DNA from: Scyliorhinus canicula
Lineage: Eukaryota
DNA: 64,000 nt
NCBI RefSeq assembly: GCF_902713615.1
Contig: NC_052157.1
Location: 64,343,703 to 64,407,702 of the forward strand
Direction: 5' to 3'
The translations under genes and the position numbers were made by a program. The notes below the pieces were generated by a model. The model searched no databases, was not told the origin of the DNA, and saw only the letters and a list, made by a program, of their open reading frames with translations. Shown piece by piece: positions 35,247 to 46,846 of this stretch (positions within the stretch are counted from its first letter, which is position 1; each line of letters opens with the position of its first letter).

Positions 35247-38200
35247 TGTTAAGTAATGGGTTAAGAGACATTGCAATTAGTTGTCTCATTTATGCTAAGT
35301 GTTCAATGATTGTCTCATTTATGCTAAGTGTTCAATGATTGACACTGATATGTAAAGGGGCTTCAGGTGGACTCTGTATCTGGTGACGTGATGATTGAGT
35401 TTAGTGCAGAGTCTGTTAAAGTGAAATAAAGGTGTTTGTGAAAAAGGAGCTGGGCTTTTGTCTCTTCGTACCACAGCATCGATTACGTCTAACAATTGGT
35501 ATCAGAGGACGGTTGCTGTGTAAATGTGAAGGGTTGAAAAATACAATTTTTCCAGATCAAACCAAGGAGTGAAAAAAAAAAGGGATATATGGCTGAACCC
35601 AGGACGAAGATGGCCAGATATGATTATCCTCCCTTATTTTCTGAAAGGGAATCATACGACCAATGGAGAAGTGCGGTAGTTATGTGGACTAAGGTGACTG
35701 CTTTAGGAAAGAGAAAGCAAGGTATGGCATTGGCTCTTTCTTTACTGTATGGCAGTAAAATCCGAAACAAAGTGCTTTCTGAGCTGGAATTGGAAGAGTT
35801 AGACTCAGAAGAAGGTCTGGCGACTTTATTACTTTATATGGATAAGATTTATAAGAAAGTAGGCTTGTTAAGTGCGTATGAAGCATGGTTGGATTTTAAT
35901 AAGTTCTGGAAAATGGAGGATTTATCTATGGAAGACTACATAATGGAATTTGGCAGACTTTATAAAAGGCTGCAGAAACACAGGCTGGAATTTCCACAGT
36001 CTGTGTTGGCCTTTAAATTACTTGACTGTGCTAGAGTGAGCAACATGGATAGGCTCTTGGTTTTGACAGGAGTTCAGTTTACGGATAACGATACCTTATT
36101 CGAACAGATGACAACAGCTTTAAAAACAATTTTGGGGAAACATTCAATTCCAATGGCTCCGATTACCCAAATAGGTCAGCCTGCAATAAGGCAGAATATG
36201 GAAGATACACTACTAACAGGATGGCAAAATCGTATGGCTACGAACAGGCCTCAAGACTATAAAAGGAGACCGAGAAAAGGAAATTATGAAGACACAAACC
36301 CAGTTAGAACCTACAATAGGAGGATGAACCCCAGAAATGCACGGGGCATGATAAATTGATGTTTTTGATGTGACTCTCAATACCATTATGCTTTCAACTG
36401 TCCAACTCGTTATGATAGAGTATTTGAAGCGACACATGACACGGAAGAGTCAGAAGAGGAAAAAGATAGTGACCAGAAAGAAGGCATTGTCCTATTAACA
36501 AGTTGTTTTACGCTGGTAATGAGGGTGTTGGTTGCAGAATCTTTTAACTGTGCTGTATTGGACAGTGGCTGCACGTCTATTGTGAGTGGGATTGACTGGT
36601 TAAAATGGATGCTGAAAATCGTAACAAAGTTAAGGAATTTAAAAGTTCCACAAGTTTCAGGTTTGGGGATGATAATACTCTGAAGTCGCTGAAAAGAGTG
36701 GTGATCCCGTGCAGTATTGCTGGAGTGAATCATTTCATTTCATTTCATTAGCACGGATGTTGTATCAAGTGAGATACCTTTGCTTCTGAGCAGACCGTCT
36801 ATGAAGAAAGCACACATGAAGCTGGATATGGAACAAGATAAGGCAACAGTTTTTGGAAAGACGATGGACTTACAATAATGTCCCGACTGTATAAATTGTA
36901 TTCCATTATTGACAAATAATGTTTCAAGTAGAGTGGTTAAGGATGTGTTAATGGCAGTTGATAATGCAACTTTAGCTGATAAAAAGCTTATTGTAGTAAA
37001 ACTGCATAGGCAATTTGCACATCCGTCTCCTCGGAGGCTAAAAAATTTATTAAAGGATGCAGGGGTAAGGAATGACGACTATACTAAGCTGATAGAACAG
37101 GTTAGTGATCGCTGTGAAGTTTGCAGGAAGTACAGAAGGACACCAGCACAACCGATGGTAACCCTACCGTTGGCCAGGGATTTTAATGACATTGCGGCCA
37201 TGGACCTTAAGATCTAGGATAAAGCAAATAATATATTTATTTAGCAACCAGACTTAGTCAATCAACGATTGTACGAAGTAAAGAAGAGTAATTTTGGATA
37301 AAATTGTGGAAAAATGGATCGGGACAAGAATGGGTCCACTAGCAAAATTCTTTACGGACAATGGGGGAGAGTTTAGGTATATGTGTGAAAACTTGAATAT
37401 TAGAGTTATGAACACGGCTGCAGAAAGCCCGCTTAGTAATGGTGCCTGTGAAAGAAATCATGCTGTTATCGATGACATGCTTCGGAAAATTTTGGGAGAT
37501 CGACCAAACTGCACGCTAAATTCAGCTTTAGCATGGGCGGTACATGCAAAGAATTCATTGCAGATGGTTGGGGGCTATAGTCCTTATCAATTAGTGTTTG
37601 GTAGAAATCCTAAAATTCCCTCCATTTTGGATGACCAGCCTCCAGCTTGGGAAGGGACTACAATTAGCTCCGGTTTTGCTGAACATTTAAACGCGTTACA
37701 TAGCAGTAGAAAAGCTTTTTTGGAAGCAGACGTCTCTGAAAGAATTCGCAGAGCTTTAAGACGTAATGTACGGCCATCAGATGCCGTTTTTCAACAAGGA
37801 GACATGGTATACTATAAGAGAGACAATTCTAATGAATGGAAAGGCCCAGGGAAGATCATAGGCATAGATGGCAAAACATTTATTTTGCAACATGGTAATC
37901 AAACTGTTAGGGTACATTCATCAAGGATAATGGATACCGATTACAAATTTTCAAATTTAGACAGAGCAGACAGACATGACGAGGAACCAGAGTCATCTGG
38001 TAAGCATTTGTTACATAACTATGAGGACCAGTTAACTGATCTAGACAGGGTTTCTGTAGAGGAACACGACACTTCTGATAAATTAGATCAGGCCATTTTT
38101 CCAAAAGGGCAACTGTCAAAGGTTGGTACAAAAGTGACATTCTTGCCTGAAGGATCTAGTCAATGGAAGGATGCAACTGTTATTAGTAGAGCAGGGAAGG

Positions 38201-40735
38201 CCACTGGAAAGTATAAACATTGGTTGAATGTACAGCATTCAGGGGAGGAAGTTAAGACAATGGATTGGGAAAACGAAGTTCAAAAATGGAGGGCACAGAA
38301 ACGCAGTGCCAGTTCAGATAGTACATCGGATAGTGAACAGGTTCGCAGGAAAAGGTCGAGAACTATTGAAAGGACATCCCGTTACAGAAAAGAAAGATCT
38401 AGCAGTACAGAACGAGATACCTGGCAGGAAAGGGGACGTAGTTTTATCAAGATCTCGGAACAGGAGTAAGACTACGAATACTAATAGAAGTAGAAGCCCA
38501 CGTGCACGTGAGATTTTGGTGGCTTCAAATAAATTAGATGAAAAAGTTATCAAAGATGCTAAACAGCAAGAATTGCATAGTTGGAGTGAATTTGGGGTAT
38601 ATATGGAAGTACCGGATAGGGGACAAAAAGCTCTATCCCACAGATGGATTTGTACAGAAAAGGTTCTTCCAGATGGAACTTATAAGGCAAAGGCCAGACT
38701 TGTGGCAAGGGGATTTAAAGAAAACTTAGACGATCAGGACTTAAGGGTAGATTCACCTACAGCAGGAAAGGTTATTTTAAAGATCTTGTAGGCTCTATTA
38801 GCCACAAAGGCATTGGAATGCAAATCTATAGATATAAAAGCTGCCTTTTTGCAGGGGCATCAGCTCCAGAGAGACATTTTTCTCCGTCCTCCTAAAGAAA
38901 CAGCTAACACAGAAGGGGTACTGTGGAAGTTAAACAAATGTGTATATGGATTAAATGATGCATCTATAGAGTGTGGTACTTTTCGGTAAGGTCAGTTTTG
39001 TTAAAGTTAGGCTGTTACCAGTTGAAAACAGATCCTGCAATGTTTTACTGGCACTATAAAGGAAATCCTTGCTGGCATCTTTATGATGCATGTCGATGAT
39101 TTTTTGTGGGGTGGGACTAGTGATTTTGAAGCCATTGTAATCTCTGGTTTGAGGAAAGAATTCAGGGTTGGATGTCAGGCTTCCGATGCATTTAAATATA
39201 TTGGACTGGAAATCGGACAGACTCAGTTAGGGGCAACTTTACGTCAGCAATCTTACTTGGAAAGCATCAGCCCAATAGCAATTAGTCGTGGCCGGGTTTC
39301 ACAAAAAGACGCAATAGTTTCGAAGATAGAAAAAGAGCAACTGCAAAGTTTAATTGGGCAACTGAACTGGTTAGGTAGACAGACTAGACCGGACGTGAGT
39401 TTTGATGTTTTAGAGTTGTGTACAAAGATGAATGATCAGCACTGTAGCATGGTGGTTAGCATAAATGCTTCACAGCTCCAGGGTCCCAGGTTCGATTCCC
39501 GGCTGGGTCACTGTCTGTGTGGAGTCTGCACGTCCTCCCCGTGTGTGCGTGGGTTTCCTCCGGGTGCTCCGGTTTCCTCCCACAGTCCAAAGATGTGTGG
39601 GTTAGGTGGATTGGCCATGCTAAATTGCCCGTAGTGTCCTAATAGTAAGGTTAAGGGGGGGAGTTGTTGGGTTACGGGTAGAGGGTGGATACGTGGGTTT
39701 GAGTGGGGTGATCATTGCTCGGCACAACATCGAGGGCCGAAGGGCCTGTTCTGTGCTGTACTGTTCTATGTTCTATCCCAAAGTGGAAGACATAATAAGA
39801 GCAAATAAAGCGTTGGCCAAACTAAAAATGCAGGAGGGTGTTTTGAAGTTTCCTGTTTTAGGTGATCCTGGGCATTTGAAACTCATAGTTTATAGTGATG
39901 CATCCTATGCGAATTTATGTGATGGAATTTCAAGTGCAGGAGGTTTTATAAATTTCCTTTTGGGGAATAATGGTAAATGTTGCCCTCTTGTGTGGGAAAT
40001 AAAGAAAATAAGGAGAGTGGTCAAAAGCACTTTGGCTGCTGAGAAGTTAAGTTTAGTGGAAGCGGTGGATATGGCCTTTTATATAAGTCAGATATTGACA
40101 GAAATTAGGGGATTTGGGTAATATACCTATTGACTGTCACATTGACAAATCCCTGTGTGAAAATGTGCACTCTACAAAAAGTGTCAATGAAAAGAGGTTA
40201 CGGATAGCCATCGCAAGTTTGAAGCAGATGTTGGACAGAGGGGAAATAACAAAAATTAAATGGGTTGACAGTAGCTATCAACTGTCAGACTGTTTTACGA
40301 AAAGAGGGGCTAGTTCACAGAAACTTTTAGATATTGTGAATGAAGGGCGCCTGTTTCTGTGAATTGTTTTTTTTTCTCTTTTTAAAAAAAAAAGGGCGGG
40401 AATCAGGTGTGTGTTTTAGTTTCTTGAAATTCTAGTTTCTTGAAATTTTGTTTTCACCTAATTGTTTTTCTCCAAGGAAGGGGAGACTGTTAAGTAATGG
40501 GTTAAGAGACATTGCAATTAGTTGTCTCATTTATGTTAAGTGTTCAATGATTGTCTCATTTATGCTAAGTGTTCAATGATTGACACTGATATGTAAAGGG
40601 GCTTCAGGTGGACTCTGTATCTGGTGACGTGATGATTGAGTTTAGTGCAGAGTCTGTTAAAGTGAAATAAAGGTGTTTGTGAAAAAGGAGCTGGACTTTT
40701 GTCTCTTCATACCACAGCATCGATTACGTCTAACA
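35247..40735 (+). mobile_element. Full-length Ty1/Copia (GalEa-like) LTR retrotransposon, inactivated
   Basis: 248-bp LTRs at 35247-35494 and 40488-40735 (~3 differences by eye), TSD ATCCC, PBS TGGTATCAGAG, PPT aaggaaggggaga. Domain order gag-CCHC, PR (LDSGC), INT (LHRQFAH, TDNGGEF), RT (HVDDF), RH (YSDAS). Stops and frameshifts. Confidence 0.95.
39437..39776 (+). mobile_element. HE1-like SINE inserted in the Copia RT region
   Basis: Removing it rejoins ...KMND/PKVEDIIRANK. Confidence 0.88.
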
Positions 40736-40999
40736 ATCCCAATGAATGGCATTGATGAATCCCCAACCTGCTTCGTGGGACTGTTAACAGCATTTGATGC
40801 AAGTTTTAACCTTCAAGCTCAAGATTGCAGAACTTAAAAAGAGGCATAGAAAACCCAGAGCAGAATGATGAAAGAGAATAAGACAGTACCTAAACAAACC
40901 ACAAGAGGACACCAGATGATCAGGCACCTTTCCAAAAGCCCTTTTTGAAGACTCAATATGTTTCCGGAATCTCCTAGCAGCTGACCGTGAACAACTATG

Positions 41000-41340
41000 G
41001 GGCAGCACAATGGCACAGCTTTTAGCACTGCTGTCTTACAGCGTCAAGGACTCTGGTTCAATTCCGGCCTTGGTTGACTGTGTGGAGTTTGCACTTTCTC
41101 CCCGTGTCTCCATGGGTTTCCTCCGGTGCTCTGATTTCCTCCCACAGTCCAAACATGTGCAGATTAGGTGGAATGGCCGTGCTAAATTGTCCCTTAGTTT
41201 CCAGGGATGTGCAGTTTAATTGTGGTTACGGGGATAGGCGGGGGAGCGGGCCTACGATGCTCGTTCAGAGGATTTGTGCAGACTCAATGGGCCGAATGGC
41301 TCTCTTCTGCACTGTAGGAATTCACTGTAGGGATTCTGCC
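41000..41340 (+). mobile_element. Older tRNA-derived SINE
   Basis: gggcagcac head and diverged body. Confidence 0.75.
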
Positions 41341-42929
41341 GTAGAATAGGAATTCTATGGTAACAACAAGGACTAAATCCTGCTACAGGTGGAGCAAGAA
41401 AAAACAAGTATAATCAGAAAATGTTCATATCAAAGCTGAACTGGAAGATTTGAAGAGATGGATTAAAGCTGGGTATAAACCTTTGAAAGCGTACAATAAA
41501 CCTTCAATGATAAACTGTTCAAGATCTGAAAAACACACTTCCTCTGTCTACGTGTACCTTTGTGACGTTTCAGAAATAATGGCCCTCAATTCCATGGTTG
41601 TCAAATTGTGCTGGTGGAGTTGGGGTGGGGGAAACTCAACCATATGTGCTGCCAACAGTAGGAAGAAAAAGATACTTAAAGCAGTTTCAACATTGGAAAA
41701 ACACTGTAGGACCAATATGCACCCTTTGCAAACACAAGAGGAGTTAAAAGAAACTTCTGCTGAAGGACTTTCACACGCTACAAATATCCCTCAGATCACA
41801 GTTTGTTCCTTGGGAAGTGATGAAGTGAAACAAATTGAATTTCATGCCATTCTGAATCACTAGGTGGCAGAGAAGACTCTGAAATGTCCTATATTCCAGG
41901 AGGAAGCCAAGAAGCAGACTACAGCCCTGAAGAAAACGGTTGCAGATTTGGAAAGAATCTTGGAAAAAAACATTACATTTTCAAATGAGATCTACGAAGA
42001 GAGAAAAATCAAGACCGTAGAAGGGCAAGCCAAGGTAGACACTGTCACAAATGAACGTGGAGCGTCTCAAAAACAATTGGCAGAAGTGTAGTTACAGGAT
42101 ATGAGCTTGAAGAGTGGCACAGAGGGTCTACACTCTCCCAATGAGATATTTTGAATTTAGAGGTGTAGTCACTTGTAATGCAGGAAATTTGCATCCCGCA
42201 AAATGCATTGTAAAAATAACCGTATAATTTGCTTTAATGATGTTGGTTGAGGGCGGAGATGGGTCAGGAATCTGGGGTGAACACCCTTGCTGTACTTCAA
42301 GGAACTTCTGTGGGATCTTTACGTATCCACCTGGCAGCGCAGTCTCTGTCACATCCATTCCAAAAGACGACACCTTTGACATTGCAGCACACTCACTACT
42401 GTACGACAGTGTCACCTAGATTGCTAATTTGTTCATTTCTGTTTTACACTTTCAGGCAGAAAGGGTTAGTCACAACTATAAAATAACCTGGTCAATTACA
42501 GTAGGGACGCAGATATCTGTGCATGTGGGTTTAATTTTTATTCCTTTCAAAAGTTCAAATCTGACCCATTAATCAAAAGCACTGAAGCCATGAGGTAGCT
42601 ACAAAGTTTTGGAATCTAGTAATGATAGGTGGCAACTGAATAATGAAGTTTAAGATAAGAATTGAACAGATTTGGGTGACTTCATAAACACTCTGCACAA
42701 TCTTCAGTGCCATTAAAGTATTAAGATTCTACTTTGTTCTTTATTTGCTTTAGATATTCTTTAATGATTGGCAATGACATTCTACTTTAAATAGCACTTT
42801 TTAACATGAATCAAGTAATTTTTAGATAACCACCAGGGCAAGATAGTAGTTGTCGCCCAGGTTGTGCACTGACGAAAACATTCAATGTTCAATTATGGGT
42901 CTGCTGTGCTGGGTTATTTTGGGGGAAAC

Positions 42930-43315
42930 TTTACTTTGTACCTGACACCGTGCTGCACCTGTCCTGGGAGTGTTTGATGGGAACAATGTAGAGGGAGTTT
43001 TATTCTGTATCTAACCCCGTGCTGTACCCTTCCTGGCAGTGTTTGATTGGGGACAGTGTAGAGGGAGCTTTACTCTGTATCTAACCCTGTGTCATACCTG
43101 TCCTGGGAGTGTTTGATGGGGACAGTGTAGAGGGAGCTTTACTCTGTATCTAACCCTGTGTCATACCTGTCCTGGGAGTGTTTGATGGCAACAGTGTAGA
43201 GGGAGCTTTAATCTCCATCTAACCTTGTGCTGCTTCTGTCCTGGGAGTGTTTGATAGGGGCAGTGGAGAGAGAGTGTTGCTCTGTATCTAACCTGCTGTA
43301 CCTCCCTTGGGAGTG
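42930..43315 (-). repeat. ~68-bp tandem repeat, same family as 20878-21135
   Basis: gtcctgggagtgtttgatggggacagtgtagagggagctttactctgtatctaacc units, ~5-6 copies. Confidence 0.85.
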
Positions 43316-43610
43316 ATAACAAGAATGTGCTTATTGAGAACAGCAGGCAAAAGCCATTCGGCTCAATATGGCCTTCCTTATTGACAGATCAGCCCTAGGT
43401 ACTGCCTTGCCTACAGATGCCAAATAAGGGTCTCGATCCTTAATGACCAAATTTTCAGTTCTGTTACATGCAGTGCCCAAAAGAATTAAAAACCGCCATG
43501 AAGCAGAAACCTCGATTGAATTTGCCCTGTTAGATAGCACACCATGTTCTGACTCAGTATTTGGTTGAATGGGTTCCACTGATTCTGAGGTACCTCTGTC
43601 TCTGCCCTAG

Positions 43611-43753
43611 CGAACGGCGTCGGGTCATGGCAGCTCAGGTAGCTCTGCGGCGGCAGCAAGAGGCTGAACTGAAGAAACGGCTGGCAAAGGGCCTCCTGAA
43701 ATTTGGCGAGGCGGCAGGGAGAAAGCTGGGAGGGGCTGGAAGGCAACCACTCG
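43611..43753 (+). CDS. dmrtc2: DMRTC2-like coding exon 2 (DM recognition helix)
   Basis: Acceptor ctctgtctctgccctag|C completes Leu; ERRRVMAAQVALRRQQEAELKKRLAKGLLKFGEAAGRKLGGAGRQPL; donor G|gtaagt. Confidence 0.88.
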
Positions 43754-44159
43754 GTAAGTTATGCACAAATCTCATATCATTCCATTTCCCTTTTGTGTGG
43801 GTATTCTAGGATAGTGTCATATAGTCACTTGGTAGTACAGAACTTAAGTATTGCCCAATAAACTTGCTGTTGCAGCTTTTCGTCTTGCTCTTATCAGGAA
43901 AGATGCAAGAATGCCAAATTTCAAAGGGAGCAGCAATTTATAATGCAATAGAAAAGGGTGTTAGTTCGTTAACTGTGGTGAAAAGTGTTGCCATGGAGAA
44001 TGTACCAGAGAACTATTGCCCCCAAGCTTGTCTAATTCAAAAACTATGCAATGCCGGAACATGTTACTTTTACTTGCATATTAATATATGTATCTTCAAA
44101 CAAGCTAAGAGCGAGCCTGACTGATAATCATAAATTAGTTGTTAGTGTAATTCTTTTTT

Positions 44160-44830
44160 AAAATAAATTTTGATTTATTTGATTTATTTATTTGATTTAT
44201 TATTGCCACATGTATTAGTATACAGTGAAAAGTCTTGTTTCTTGCATGCTGTACAAACAATGCATACCGTACATAGGGAAGGAAGGAGAAATTGCAAAAT
44301 ATAACGTCACAGTTATAGCAAGGTGTAGGGAAAAGATCAACTTAATACGAGGTAGGTCCATTCAAAAGCAGTAGGGAAGAAGCTGTTCTTGAGTCAGTTG
44401 GTACGTGACCTCAAACTTTGGTATCTTTTTCCTGACGGAAGAAGGTGGAAGAGAGTATGTCCAGGGTGCGTGGGGTCCTTTAATTATGCTGGCCACCTTT
44501 CCGAGGCAGCGGGAATTGTAGATCGGGTCAATGGATGGGAGGCTGGTTTGCGTGATGGATTGGGCTACATTCACAACCTTTTGTAATTTCCTGCAGTCTT
44601 GGGCAGTGCAGAGAATTTAGAGTACTCAGTTTATTTTTTCCAATCAAACGACAATTTAGCATGGGCAATCCACCGACCCTGCACATCTTTGGGTTCTGGG
44701 GTCGAAACCCACACAAACACAGGGAGACTGTGCAAACTCCACATGGACAGTGACTCAGAGCCGGGATCGAACCTGGGACCTCGGCGCCGTGAGGCAGCAG
44801 TGCTAACCACTGCACCAGCGTGGTGCCCTT
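44160..44830 (-). mobile_element. Rex-like LINE 3' end joined to a SINE
   Basis: VAQSITQTSLPSIDPIY.SRCLGK, then SINE body on the minus strand at 44600-44828. Confidence 0.7.
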
Positions 44831-46846
44831 GTTAGTGTAATTCTTAGCACACTCTGGATTGTTCAGTGTGGGCTGTAGAATCATGGAATCACATCTAATA
44901 TTAAACATTAGTTATTAGATGTTAGACAGCAAGCAGCTAAGTAGGCAAGTGGTATGTTGGTCTTTATTCCAAGAGCATTTGTTTTTGGAGTAAAGTGTCT
45001 TTCTGGAATTACATAGAGCCTTAGTGACACTGCACCTGGAATAGTGTGTGTGCAGTTTTGATCTCCTTACTTAAAGAAATATATGCTTGCTACACAAGGG
45101 GAATTCTCTGCTCCTGAGGGCTGTGGCGTTTCACCCATTGAATATGTTCAACACTGAGACTGATGGATTTCTAAATATTAAAACATTAAGGAATTATGGG
45201 GATGGTTCAGGAAATAGTCTTGAACTAGAAGATCAGCCATGATCTAATTGAAAAGCGGAGTGGGCTCGAAGGGCTGAGTGGCCTACCTCACTCCTATTTC
45301 TTATGTTCTTAGAGTATTCTGAGCCTGGTTGAATAAAGTTAATATTCTGTCGATTGGGAGTAGCTGAAGGGATGTACTTACTGCTTGATAGATCACTGTG
45401 GCATCTGGCCTACATATCTGGCATCACGCTGGTACTGAAATTCATATGCCACATTGTTTATTTGTGTATTCGACAGAAGATCTTTTATGATATATCCTCA
45501 CTGCACCCTGTGGGGTTATAATGGGATAATTCATGTGTCCATCAGTTGGAAAATATTGATATGGCTGATTAATACTCTTCATTAAATCAAGTCAGTGTGA
45601 CAGAAAAAGACAGGTGATGGTACCATGGTATTGCCACTAATCCAGAGAATCAGGGTAATGTTCTGGGGAACTGGGTTTGAATCCCACTACGGCAGATTAT
45701 GCAAATTCTGTAGAAATTAAAATCTAATGATAATCTTGAATGCATTGTCGTAAAAACCCATCTGGTTCACAGGAAATCTGCCGTCCTTACCCAGTCTGGC
45801 CTCCATGTGATTCCAGATTCGCAGCATTTTGCTTGATACTTAAATGCCTGGACAATTAGGAATTAATGCTAGTCCAACCAGCGGAGACCATATCACCTAA
45901 ATGAATTAAAAAAAAAAAAAAAGAATTTGCTTCATAAATTGCACCTGAGAGATTTTCTTGGTATTAAGGACTAATTTTGGCTGTTCACAATACCCTCAGT
46001 GAATCTCGGATGATCTCAATTCTGTTGTATCCTTTATTGCTTTAATTGCCTAGGACAAGCATGGGTATCAATGTCTTATTGGGTTTCATTAGGTTTGTTA
46101 ATGTAAGTTACATAGTTAATGTTAAAGATTGTCAGGTGATGAGTATTAATTGCCTTTGAGCACATATAGGTGACAGCTGGGAGACTGGGTTGGGTGGGAG
46201 GAGAGCTGTGAGACTGCACAAGTCAATAAACTCAATTTAATAAAAATAAAACTCCGTTTTGGTTTTGACTTCAACACTCATCTTGGATTTGTAAACGATG
46301 CATACCCTCACATTCCGCAGGTGTGCTTTTGGGATGTAAGCTAATTTAATAGCACGGTTAGTTGTCCAAGCCCTTGAATGTCTTGGGCCGTTTATGACTC
46401 TGCAGACACTCTACATTTGAGTGCACTTTAGATCTCTGTGTTGGACAGCCTTTGCAGAATGAATGCCGGTATGAGGATCTGTACTTTAGTAAACGTGTCC
46501 TGGGAAATGATCACAGGATTGTGTTCGGTTCACACCAACCAACATTCACTCTCTAGGCACGAATAATGCTCGCTTACTCACAGTACCAGTGGAAAGATAT
46601 GGTGAGAAGATGAGAGGGAAAGTATATTGGCACATGCGCTTGACCGTATAAAGGTTATTGAGGTAGGGAGTATGCGACCTGCTCCCGCGGGGAGTGGTTG
46701 AGGTGAATAGTGTCGATGTATTTAAGGGGGTACGCTGGATAAATACTTGAGGAGAGATGAATAGAAGGAGATAGTCGTGGGGTGGGATGAAGAGCCGTTG
46801 GGGGAGGCTCGTGTGGAGCAGAAACACCAGCACAGTACAGATCAAC

